NCBI RefSeq assembly: GCF_000142905.1
Contig: NW_013657659.1
Coordinates: 398,442-462,441, forward strand
Origin: Thecamonas trahens ATCC 50062
Lineage: Eukaryota; Protista; Apusomonadida
Direction of reading: 5' to 3'
DNA: 64,000 nt
The notes below the pieces were generated by a model. The model did not search any database. It was given only the letters and a program-made list of their open reading frames with translations, and was not told the origin of the DNA. Shown here piece after piece: positions 45,201-55,300 of this stretch. Position numbers and translations under genes: made by a program. Each line of letters begins with the position of its first letter. Position 1 is the first letter of the stretch.

Positions 45201-45671
45201 TTCCTCCTCCGCGTATTCTCCAAGGTGGCCGGCGGCGCGGATGCCGGCGGGGAGGGCATCCAGCTCAAGGACATCACCGGCGATGCGCACACGGCGTCAT
45301 GGGTCGCAGCTTCGGCGTCGGGTGCTGCCAGCACAGGCGGCGCGCCGAGCAGCGGGCCCAAGCCGTGGATCCCGCTCGCGGCAGCGGTCAAGTCCGAAGT
45401 CGCCGGTCTCCGGCAGTATGAGGGCGGGACGGCCGAGGCGATTCCGCTGGCGCTCCGAATCGGGCAAGCGATCAAGGCGTTTTCAGCGGCGCTGCCGACG
45501 TCGGAGACGACGCGGCCCGAGTACGCAGACGGCCCGCCGGCGGTGGCCATCTTTTCACAGCTTGTCACCTTTTGCAAGGTAGCCTCCAGCCATCCGGACC
45601 CGGACGTGCTCGCGGTGTGCGACTCGCTCGAGGCGCTGCTGGACAAGATCTGCCGACGGGCTCGGGGTTGA
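42222..45671 (+). CDS. Calpain: two N-terminal domain-III (C2L/CBSW) repeats + CysPc + a third domain III
   Basis: Catalytic QGALGDCWLLSA, GHAYTI, IRNPHG. Domain-III signatures W..TAGGS.N..NNPQF and W..NSGGC.N..DNPQF precede the protease; CPQY..F.LRVFS follows it. Confidence 0.93.
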   Translation: MSDDWDDILNDFAETTDMSSVTAALEEGGKTVAAEAEALAAAQARIAAATEEAKKARPPPPSGPPPSGPRQPPPPAHRPPDGGDGGDTDAVAADDADAVRAKRLAEAKARLAKQDAERRKAAQAAVAEKIKAEEAAKPKLNLASKGAVKQSKMPKAESPAEAADTSGDPAAPEPAPLPRASLTGGPAGGDASFATSTANPAPKLTPAPLGLDAAVTPGGSSVALDGGDGASSSTDPELAGVDPAQYAHVVELSSAWDAHTAGGSFNYPQTVGNNPQFFLTVPEESGGVEVVLVLTQLERPTPQQNHSMQILVTQSGGKRISGGVYQNEVVANSGGYVNTTSVKLAVRLEGAATPYTVLVSTFMPGNEAPLKVTLCTDESEVSLEPAATVAEAGKYVHKRSLDSAWHADNSGGCMNYPTMKDNPQFFITTPKPGPPSAPKPPVAVHISLTQNLPPGSALHPIGFVVAYRNGSRITSALRKSEHIGSSGQFVNLATVDASFELECRPRPYTLVVSTFEPGCEAPFTVSVESATPLKVVQAAPASAPRVEIHNTNTEAKIVEHHSGKSFLKRTLHHPPSEPSPEFLSAEVSSAGRVYVDPTFGEPSWRRLVEQEVDSLPDGRLPACCLFDSIDPDDIVQGALGDCWLLSAISAIAGRDEAVLDLFVKDETSDAGVYGVWFWSAAGGWTEVVVDDRVPFLGERPLYACSDEKHEMWPSIVEKAYAKFQGSYAALDGGLCNDAFVNLTGGVGEFIQFKNEVGAAEALWEKLVLYHSERFLLASGSHGSDDAEENEDGIVDGHAYTILDVREIDGYRLLNIRNPHGTNEWSGDWSDHDTRHWTAARREALGHTAEDDGEFWISINDFMANYRVMYVCKVFPSDEWTETSASGVFTGAERGPADCPQYLLTNPSSEPMHVVISVRQAEVRPRNASPLYIGFEVVDHGGRPLPHLSATLNFVVPPSQFVNFLEVSWEGELPPSETPYTLIVRTYQYTGANRFLLRVFSKVAGGADAGGEGIQLKDITGDAHTASWVAASASGAASTGGAPSSGPKPWIPLAAAVKSEVAGLRQYEGGTAEAIPLALRIGQAIKAFSAALPTSETTRPEYADGPPAVAIFSQLVTFCKVASSHPDPDVLAVCDSLEALLDKICRRARG

Positions 45672-45759
45672 GGTCGCGGAGCGCCCATGACGGTGCGGTG
45701 GGACGGGCGCATTGTCGCGCGCATCCAAGTGAACAACACAGTGCTATGGCTTGGGAGGT

Positions 45760-47819
45760 TTAGCTTGTCGGCTGCTGCGAGGTCTCGCCGTCGTACTGGT
45801 ACTGGTACTCGTAGGTGGAGTGGTACTCGTACTCGACCGAGGCCGAGGTCTGGCGTGCGGGCGAGGAGAGGCCAACGTCTTCCTCGCGGTCGGCCGGGGT
45901 CGAGTCGCCGCCGGCAGGCATGGCAATGGAGGAGCCTGCACCGGAGTGACCGTAGGTGGCAAGGACCTTGCGGCGAGTGCGCTTGCCTTTGTGGCCTGTG
46001 CGGCGCGGGTGGTGTGCGGGCGCGGGCGAGAACGACGAGGCCGACGAGAGGCGAGCCGGGGCGGCGTCGGGCGACGAAGAGGACGAGGCGCGGGGCGGGT
46101 GGAGGTGCGGGTTGTGAAGGACACGCTCGGCCGAGGCGGAGGACGGGCGGTGGGGGGCGGTGCCTGCGGCCGGGTCCGGGCGGTGGTGGTGGCGGGCATC
46201 GCAGCTGTTGTTGCCGTCTTGGTCGTCGTCGTCAGCGTTGGTAGCCGAGGCCGAGTCGGACGACGAGAGAGCAAATCGCTGTGGGTCCGAGAGCGGGAGC
46301 GGGTTGTGGGGCGAGACGGTGGCGTCGGGCGGCGGCGGGCAGAGGGCCGGGTCGTCGGGCGGGGGGGCGGTGGCGGTGTCGATGGAGCGGAGCATGGCGT
46401 CGTCTTCGGGCGAGCGGACGGCGTCAAAGTACGGATGGAGGAGCGCATCGCGAGCAGTGATGCGGAGCTCCGGGTCGTAGACAAAGATACGGTTGAGGAG
46501 GTCGATGGCTGCGTCCGAGACGGCGGGGCGGCCGCCGCGCGGGGCAAGCGCGGCGAGGTCGAGGCGCGAGCGCGAGCAGCCTGCGCGCTGGAAGAGGCGC
46601 AGCGGAAAGATATGGGTGTAGGACATGTACTTGGAGTACTTTTTGAGGAAGCGGACATAGTCGTCGACGCCGAGAATGGAGACGATGGAGACCATCTGGT
46701 TCTTGTTCCACTCGATCTTGTCGTCGTCCTTGGGGCAGGGAAAGAACGGGTAGCGGTTGAAGAGCAGAGCGCCCATGATGCAGCCAAAGGACCAGACGTC
46801 GGTAGCGTAGTCGTAGTACTTGTAGTGGAGGAAGAGCTCGGGCGACTTTGTGTAGCGGGTGCCCGGCCAGCGGGCGAGCTTAACGCCGGCCCAGTAAAAG
46901 GCGGCAAAGCCCCAGTCGATGAGCTTGAGCTCGCGGGTCTTGGGATTGTACAGGGTGTTGGTCGGCTTGACGTCGAGGTGCATGATGCCGAGGGCGTGGG
47001 TAAAGTGCAGGGCGCGGAGGAGGGCGTAGAGGTACCACACGCTCTCATCCGGTTTCATGCGGGCGTACAGCTTGGCACACGGCAGCGGCTGCTTGATGTA
47101 CTCAAAGACAATCATGGCGAGGTCGCGCTTCTTGTCGCGGACAAGGTCGAGGAAGCGGATGATGTTCGGCCCGTCGCTGACCAGCTTGAGGTTCATGATC
47201 TCCATCTTGAGGCGCTTGGTGTTGGCCTTTTCCGGCTTCATGGTCTTGACCACCACCTTTTCGCCCGACGGCATGTGAGTAGCCATGTACACGGCGCCAT
47301 ACGAGCCCTCGCCGACCTTCTTGGACCAGTGGACCTTGTACGCCGACCGCTTCCCCCACCGAATGTTGTACGTCCGCGACTTGAATCGCTCCTCGGGATA
47401 CCGCGCATTGACATAAGTGTAGATCGAGGCCTTGTACTGCGGCGGGATCTACGCAGAGAGCGAGAGGGTGACGGAGAGCAAGAGCGAGAGTGAGTCTGTT
47501 GCGCCCAGGCCCCACCCTGGTGGGTAGGGTGTGGTGTGTGTGTGGGGAGGGGGGGGAGGGGGGGCATGTATATGTATGCATGTATGCATGCGTGTGTGTG
47601 TGTGTATCTGTGTGTATGGTGTGCGGGTGTCCCCCCCCCCCCTCCCTTCCTCTCTCTCCCCCCTCCCTCCCCTTTGTTCGTGTCTCCCCTACCCCCCTTT
47701 GTTCGTACCGTCGGCGGGTCATCCTCGCCCTCCTCCCATGACGAGTCGTACGAGGACGAGCCCAGCCATTTTGACGAAGGAGGCTTGGCACCCAAACAGC
47801 ACCATAACGAAGAGAACAT
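45760..47819 (-). CDS. Divergent casein kinase II alpha-like kinase; intron 47449-47708
   Basis: [16 protein letters not shown]; GEGSYGAV; [13 protein letters not shown]; HLDVKPTN; LIDWGFA; [26 protein letters not shown] intron in phase 0. Confidence 0.87.
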
Positions 47820-48311
47820 TCCCCTTGTGCTCTCCTTCCCACGCCTGCCGTAGTGGAGAGGTGCTCTCACCCTCACCCTCACCTGCTGCTGCTGCGTGTT
47901 GTCGCTGCCACTGCTGGCTGGCTGGCCACGGCCGGGCTCGAAGCTGCTTATCAACCACTCGTCGGCCAAGCCCACCACCCTGCTCATCATCGCGTGTGCT
48001 GGGGACGATTTCAGATGCGATCGGATAGTTTTGTGGCAGGTGTGGTGGTGGTTGTGGCCGCGGTGGGATTGGATGGAGGCTGTGTGTGTGTGTGTGTATG
48101 TGTGTGTATGTGTGTGTGTGGGTGTGTGGGTGTGTGTGAGCGCATGGCGGGGTGTGGCAGCGTTTCTGTCGAGCGAATGTTCGAAGCTCCCATTGATTCT
48201 CGGATTGATGGACAAGAAGTCGATCACGGACGTCAGCCCCACCCCCGCCCCCCCTCCCCCGGACCGGTCACCGCACTCCTCTCTCTCTCTCTCTGCTGCT
48301 ACTCACACACC

Positions 48312-49340
48312 ATGGCGGCCAAGGAGCAGATTGTGGTGATGGGCATGGAGGGCTCTGCCAATAAGATCGGTGTGGGCCTTGTGACAGCCGACGGAGTCAT
48401 TCTCTCCAATGTCCGCAAGACCTACGTGACACCCGCCGGCGAGGGCTTCCTCCCGCGACACACGGCTGCGCATCATCGGTCGGTGGTGGTGGGCCTGGTG
48501 GAGGATGCGCTCGCCGAGGCCGGGCTGACGCCTGACAGGGTTACGGCCATTGCCTTTACCAAGGGTCCGGGCATGGGCGCGCCGCTGACGGCTGTGGCTG
48601 TGGTGGCGAGGGTCCTTTCGCAGCTGTGGGGCAAGCCGCTGGTGGGGGTCAACCACTGCGTGGGCCACATTGAGATGGGCCGGCTCATCACCAAGGCAGC
48701 GAACCCGACGGTGTTGTATGTCTCTGGTGGAAACACCCAGATTATCGCCTACTCGATGAGCCGCTACCGCATCTTTGGCGAGACCATCGACATTGCGGTC
48801 GGCAACTGCCTCGATCGCTTCGCCCGTATCGTCGGCTTGCCGAACGACCCGTCGCCGGGCTACAACATCGAGCTGGCTGCTCGCGACGGCTCGACCTTTA
48901 TCGAGCTGCCATACGTGGTCAAGGGTATGGACGTCTCGTTCTCCGGCCTGCTCTCCTACCTCAAGGCCGCCACTCCCCAGCTGCTGGAGAGCGGCAAGGC
49001 GACCGTGGCCGACCTCTGCTTCTCGCTGCAGGAGACCGTCTTTGCCATGCTCATCGAGGTTACCGAGCGTGCCATGGCCCACACCGGATCGGACGAGGTG
49101 CTCATTGTGGGCGGCGTCGGCTGCAACAAGCGACTGCAGGACATGATGGGCGTTATGGTGGCCGAGCGGGGCGGCACCCTCTATGCCACCGACATGCGCT
49201 ACTGCATCGACAACGGCGCCATGATTGCCCAGGCCGGCCTGCTCATGTACCAGCACGGCCTCACCACTTCGCTCGACGAGTCGACGGTCACGCAGAGGTT
49301 CCGCACCGACGCCGTCGACGTGGTGTGGCGGAGTGACTGA
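48312..49340 (+). CDS. OSGEP: tRNA t6A threonylcarbamoyltransferase Kae1 (KEOPS)
   Basis: [12 protein letters not shown]; [11 protein letters not shown]; LYVSGGNTQ; IDNGAMIA; [13 protein letters not shown]. Confidence 0.97.
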   Translation: MAAKEQIVVMGMEGSANKIGVGLVTADGVILSNVRKTYVTPAGEGFLPRHTAAHHRSVVVGLVEDALAEAGLTPDRVTAIAFTKGPGMGAPLTAVAVVARVLSQLWGKPLVGVNHCVGHIEMGRLITKAANPTVLYVSGGNTQIIAYSMSRYRIFGETIDIAVGNCLDRFARIVGLPNDPSPGYNIELAARDGSTFIELPYVVKGMDVSFSGLLSYLKAATPQLLESGKATVADLCFSLQETVFAMLIEVTERAMAHTGSDEVLIVGGVGCNKRLQDMMGVMVAERGGTLYATDMRYCIDNGAMIAQAGLLMYQHGLTTSLDESTVTQRFRTDAVDVVWRSD

Positions 49341-49355
49341 CGAGATGAGTCTGCT

Positions 49356-52300
49356 TCATTCGCTGCGGTGGGAGAGCGCCGGCCCAACCAGCCGCGCAAA
49401 GTCGTCAAAGGCGACCACGCCCTGGCGCGCCTCGTCCATCTCGCGGAAGAGTGCCCGCGCCACGGCTGGCGCAATCCGGAGGCCGAGCCGACTCAGCCCG
49501 GCCTCGAACGCTCCCAGAGTCAGCGAGCCGGCGGCGTCAGCGTCGAGCGCGGTAAAGGCGTCGAGGAGGTACCAGTTGCGGGCGTGAATGGCCCAGGCCA
49601 GCCGCGCGAGCGCAGCCGCCACATGCAGGACACTGACCTCGGTCACAATCCCGAGGACCGTCTCTAGCGAAGGCGGTGAAGCGGTCTGCCGGCGGCGGCG
49701 GACTGCGCGCGTGGCTGCGAAAAAGTCGCGCCGGGCTCCGACCTCGCTCCGCTGCAATGCGCGGAGCGCCGAGTTGCGGGCGAGGAGGCCAAACTCGACG
49801 TCACCGTCAAAGAACCGCAGCGCGCCCGACGCAAGGTCTGCCTGTGACGGCGGCGGTGGCGCGTAGCCTGCGGTGGCGTCGAGAACAAGCTCGCTCTCGG
49901 CGCCGATCCGGAGCGCAAAGTACCCGCCGCCGCCCATGGCCGCGGTTCCGGCTGTCCGCGCCGAGTGAACCAGCGCCCGCAGCGCCGCGGCCTCGTCGAG
50001 AGTCACAAGCACAAAGTACCGCCCACCTTGCTCGCGGTAGTACGCATGCGCCGCTAGCACTTGTGCAACCTCAGCCTCGCTCCTCCCCACGCTCGCCTTG
50101 ATCCACTCGAGCATGCCGGCAGAAGCCTCGGCCTCTACGTGGACGTCGAGTGCGTCGAGGAGCGCGTTGACGCCGGCTGGGCCGAGCTCGCGCCGCCGCG
50201 GCTCGCCGTCCATCTCAACAAGGAGGCCGAATGCGTTCTCAAACTCGGCGCGGACCTCGGTCCCGCGCTCCAGGTGAGGAACTCGGCGGACCCCGCCCGA
50301 CGCGCTCGATGTGCCAGACCCGTCGAGCTCGCTCGCCCGCGGGACTACCTCGAGCACCACGATCTTGTTCTTGAGCCGCCGCGCCGAGCCGGTCCAGCTC
50401 GGCTTGTAAAAGTTCCGCGAATGCAACAGGTAGCCCGGAAAGGCAAGTTGCGGACAGCGGGCGTCGAGGCGGAACGTCTCCAGTGGAATGAACGGGTGCG
50501 AGGCCGACGAGTTGGGCGGCTGCGAGAGCGACGCGCGCGGCCACGGCGCCGGGCCCTCGTCTGCACGCGAGTACCGGAGCGATGCAAACCGTGCCGTCTC
50601 CTGCTCGCGCTCCTTCTCGACCTGCATCTCCTGCTCTTGCTCTTGCTCTTGCTCTTGCTCTTGCTCTTGCTCCTGCTCCTGCTCTTGCTCCTGCACCGCG
50701 TCGAGCATCCGTAAGTCCGGCCCGCCGCTGGGCGAGCCGTCGCTGCTCACGGCGCGCGACCGGATGAGTGCACCGAGCGTCTCGCGCTCGTCAGCCGAGG
50801 TGAGGAGCGGGCCAAAGCGAGAGGCGAGTGACTTGACAAAGGCGACAAAGCCGGTCTCGCCTGGCGGGGCGCCACCCGGTGCGGCGCTCAGATCGTGGCT
50901 CACGCTCTCGCGGAAGACCTCGATAGCCAGCCGAGTCTCTTCCTCGGACGCGCCTGGGGTGGCAAGCACTTTTGCCGCGGCCTTGCGGTAGACGTTGGCG
51001 ATGCACTGCTCAGCGAGAAGCGCAGCCTGCAGGCCCTGCGAGGCAATCGAGTTGGCGAGGAGCCATGCGACGATGCAGGCAAGGTCTAGCCGCGGCTGGA
51101 TGGCGACGATGCGGGCCTCGAGCTGCGGGACAACCAGGACGTGGAGCCGCTGGCCTGCGCCGATGCCGCGCATGCGGAAGGCAGCCTGTGCGTAGTCGCG
51201 GAACGTCATATCCTTACCAAGCGTGAGGAGCGCGACGGCGGTCGGAGCCTGGGCAATGTCCATGCCTGTGGTGTGGACCTGGTCGTAAAAGGTGAACAGC
51301 CGCCGTGGCTCGACGCCGCAGTGGGCGAGGTCGACAACGGTGTACTTGGCGCCTCCAGAGACGGGCTCGTCCGGAGCCGGCCCACGCGCGACGGCGTCCT
51401 CGTCGACCGAGTGGACACGGAGCACCACTTTCTTGGCGTCGGCCTCGTCGAGGAAGACCACGCCAGCGCAGTGGGCGAGGCCAGCGTCGAGGAGGTAGAC
51501 CGCCACCTCGAGGTTGGACATGCCGGTGATGAGGGCGCCGGCGTCGATGAGCGCGTTGTACCGCGACTGCGCTGCGAGGCTGTCAAGGAGCGAGGCAGGC
51601 GTCCAGTCTGTCGGAGCGGCGACGAGCGACATGACGTTTCCCGACGTGAGGAGGTTGATCATCTTGCCGTCGTCACCAGCTTCGTAGCGACACGAGCCGA
51701 ACTCGCGCGGGAGCAGGTCCGATGGCGTGCCCGAGAACCCGAGGCGCGTGCCAAACAGCATCTCGCCGCCGAGCTCCTGGCCTGACGCCGAGAGCTTGAG
51801 CGGCTGGAAGGTCATGGTTCGTGGGAAAACAAAGGTGTCGAGGTAGTAAGCGATGGCGGCCGGTGACTTGGCCAAGAGTGCGTACATGGTCTCCATTTGC
51901 CCTGCATCGCGCGGGTTGAGCAGATGCAGCGGCCAGAGCTCGTCGTCCCACTCGGCAAGCTCTGCGGCGGCAGCACCGGCTACAGCAGCATCAGCAAAGG
52001 CGGCAGCAGATGCGGCGTCCGAGCTGGAGGCACCTGTAGGCGACGCCAGCCGCGCAAATCGGTCGGCATCTGACACACCGGCACGGAGCGAGCCAGCGAG
52101 TTTGCGAAGGTGGGCATAGCCGCGGACAGTCTTGCCGGCGGCGGCCACCCACTTGGCGTACATGATGGACGTGCGGCGGGTGAGGTAGGGGCCCGACTCG
52201 GCAGCCATCGACTCGCGGAGGACCGAGATGAGGGTGGCAAAGTCTGAGGAGCGGAGGCCTTCGTAGGTGTAGGCGAGGATGGTGAGGCCGATGGCGACTT

Positions 52301-55300
52301 CGGCGTGGGAGAACTCGTTGGTGCGAGAGGCCACGTCCTTGCCCACAAACGGCACCGCGAGGTACTTGCGCGTCTTGGGCATGGCGGCGAGGTAGGCGGC
52401 CGGAGCAGCGGCCTCTGCCGACGCCACCAACCGGCGCAGGTCGTGCGAGCGGAGGAGGCCGAACGAGACCCGATCAACCTTGCTCAGAATGTGCGGCAAG
52501 AAGTAATTGAGCCAGTCATGTGCCAGGTTGAGGACCTTGATGGCGTCCGGCTCACACGCTGTGGCAAGCGCAGCAACGACCCGGTTGGTGTCAACAGCAC
52601 AGTCGTCGCGGAACAAGAGGTAGTGGGTCAGCTCGCTCGCTGAGAGCGGCGCGCCCGAGCCGCAGAGTCCGCAGCCGTCTGCGAGCCAGACCCCGGCCCA
52701 CTCGACGAGAATCGGCTTGAGGCTGGCGTGGTAGTAGGACTTGGCGAGCAGGACCACATGCGGGTTCGTCTGCAGCGCCATCTGCGACTCGCCGGAGAGC
52801 AGCGCGGCGGTGAGGTTGTGCAGGATGTCGACAGCACGGCGCGAGTCGCGATAGCGCGGCGGTACGTCGAGGGCTGCCGCGGCAGCCACGCCCTCCAGCA
52901 GGTGCATCGGCAGCGCCCAGCGGGTACCGTCGTGAGCAAACTCGACCGGCTCTTGCTTGCCCATTGGCCAGTTGAGCTCTGACCTGAGCGGGTGCAAGAT
53001 GAGATCAACTTCGTCAAGCATGAGCACGCTCTCGCGGAAGATGGCGTTGACAGCCCGGGCGGTAGCGTGCTGCTCACGGAGCGCGACCGAGATGCCTGCC
53101 AGCGACGCAGGCGTCCCATCCCACTCGCGGGCAAACGACGAGAGCAGAGCGCAGCCGGCGTCGAGAAACTCGGCCTCGGAGCCGATGACCAGTCGGCCGC
53201 GAGCGGCATCACCCGGACTCGCAGCGAGGGCATGCGTCGGCTGCGACTGGCTCGACGGCTCGCGGGTGGCAAAGAAGAACGAGTGGACAGCGCGGCGTGC
53301 CGAGCGTAGCTTTGACGTGTCGGCAAGGACGCCGCGGGCCATGGCGGCTTCGACTGCCGGGGAAAAGTCGGCCAGGGCCGCGAGGACGTGTGATACCTCA
53401 ACAAGCTTGAGCTGGTACGACTTGATGGCGGTCGGGGTGGTGATGAGGACGGCGCCGCGGGCGCGCGCCAGGGTGAGCGCCTCGAGCAGCTGCGGCGCAA
53501 TGATCCGCGAGCGGTCAAACGCAAAGGTGTAGACCGGTTTGGTGACGACGGCGGCAAAGGCGGAGCGGAGGACCGATCGTGAGAACTCGAGGAGCGGCGC
53601 CGGCACAACTTGGACAACAAGCTGTGACGGAGAGGAGAGGACCAGCGCAAGCAGCGGCGCAATGACCGTCGTCTTGCCGGCACCCATGATCATCTGGTGA
53701 CAGAGCGACTGCGAGCACGACGCGGCGGCCACAAAGGTCCTCACAAGTCGGACTTGCGACGACCGGAGCAGAAGCTGGTTGAGGAACTCAAAGACAAGGA
53801 AGCGCGGGTCAAAGCAAAGCAGCGCCGACGAAGACTTGTGGCTCTCAAAGTACGTCCGCGGGGCGACGAGTTCGGCCGCGAGCTTAGAGCCTTTGAACAC
53901 GAGCTCCTGGATGAGCGCCGAGTCGAGCGCGCGGTTTGGCCGGTTCGACGCGTCGAGCATGTGGACAACCGCCGAGCCAAGCTCTGCGATGAGGCCCGAG
54001 GTAGCGGCAAGCGCGCGACCGACGTGGGCGACGCGGGAGGCGTGGAGCGCAGCAACGACAGTAAGTGAGAGGACACGGCGGAGGAGCGCGCGCGAGCCTT
54101 GGCTCGCCAGCCACGGGTTGAGCCGCTGGAGCGAAGCAGGCGCCTTGGTCGACATCAGCAGCTCAACGAGAGCTGGGAGCCGCGGCGACGGCTCGGTGCG
54201 CCCGAGCCTGGCGAACACGGTCGCCATGCCAGCGGCGGAGTCGTGCGGCGCGTAGTTGGCGGCGTCGACGGCGGCAGCGGCCGAGGCGGCAGCAGCAGCA
54301 GATGCCGTGGCGTGCGCCGCAAGCAGCTGTGCCTTGAGTGAGTCGAGGGCGGCGATGATGTCGGCTACGCGGGCGGCCTGAATGCTCGGACTCGCGCTTT
54401 CGATGCCAGACGACGGCGCGAGCGGCTCGAGCGCGGCGAGGCGGAGCGAAGAGGCGTCGCGGGCAGCGTAGGCAGCAATGTCGCCATTGAGCCGAGCAAG
54501 GAGTGCAGCGCCAACAGGTGAGTCTGCGCCTGGGACCGAGGCCGGGTTGAACGGCATGCTGCTCAACCGCGGTTGGCCATCGGCGGTTGACAGAACCATG
54601 TCCTCGACCCGCAGCAGCGAGGCGAGCGGAACCTGGGCGAGGGCCTGGAGCTCGGGGCCCGAGATGGCCAGGTCGGACGTGTTTGAGGCCGAAACCGGGC
54701 CGACAGTCCCGTTGCGCGAGCCGTAGTTGTCAACGACGTGAGCAAGGAGGCCCAGGGCAGCGGCACGTTCGCGCGCGAGCTGCGGCAGCGGCGCGACCGC
54801 GACCGGGTGCGAGGCCGGCAGTGGCCAGAGTGCCCAGCTCGCGACCGAGAGCGGAAGGCGCGGAAGGTTGGGCAGCGGGTACCGGGCTTCGGCAAGTGCT
54901 GCCGCCAGCGGCGCCACAAAGGCGTCAAATAAGGCCGCGGCGTCCTGCGCGAGAGCGGCAGCAGCCTCGGCGGATGAGCCCTGGTCGCCCGATGAGAAGA
55001 TCGAGATAACCGAGGTGAAGACCGACGAGTCGCGCTTGGCCTGTGCGGCGCGGACCTGGCGAGCGGCAGACTGGGCGAGGAGCGGCGGCTCGAGGGCTGG
55101 GAGTGCAGCAGTCTGAGCGGATGAGCGGGCGGCGGCAAGCTTGACGAGAACATGGTCAAAGAACGAGAGCGGCTCTGTCGGGTCGAGCGCAGCAGGACAC
55201 GTCATGTGGACATAGAGCGCAGCAGAAAGGAGAGGATCGTCCGACTCGAGGAGCTGCAGCGAGAGCGAGCAGGTGAGAAGCTCGTAGCAAAGAAGGAAAG

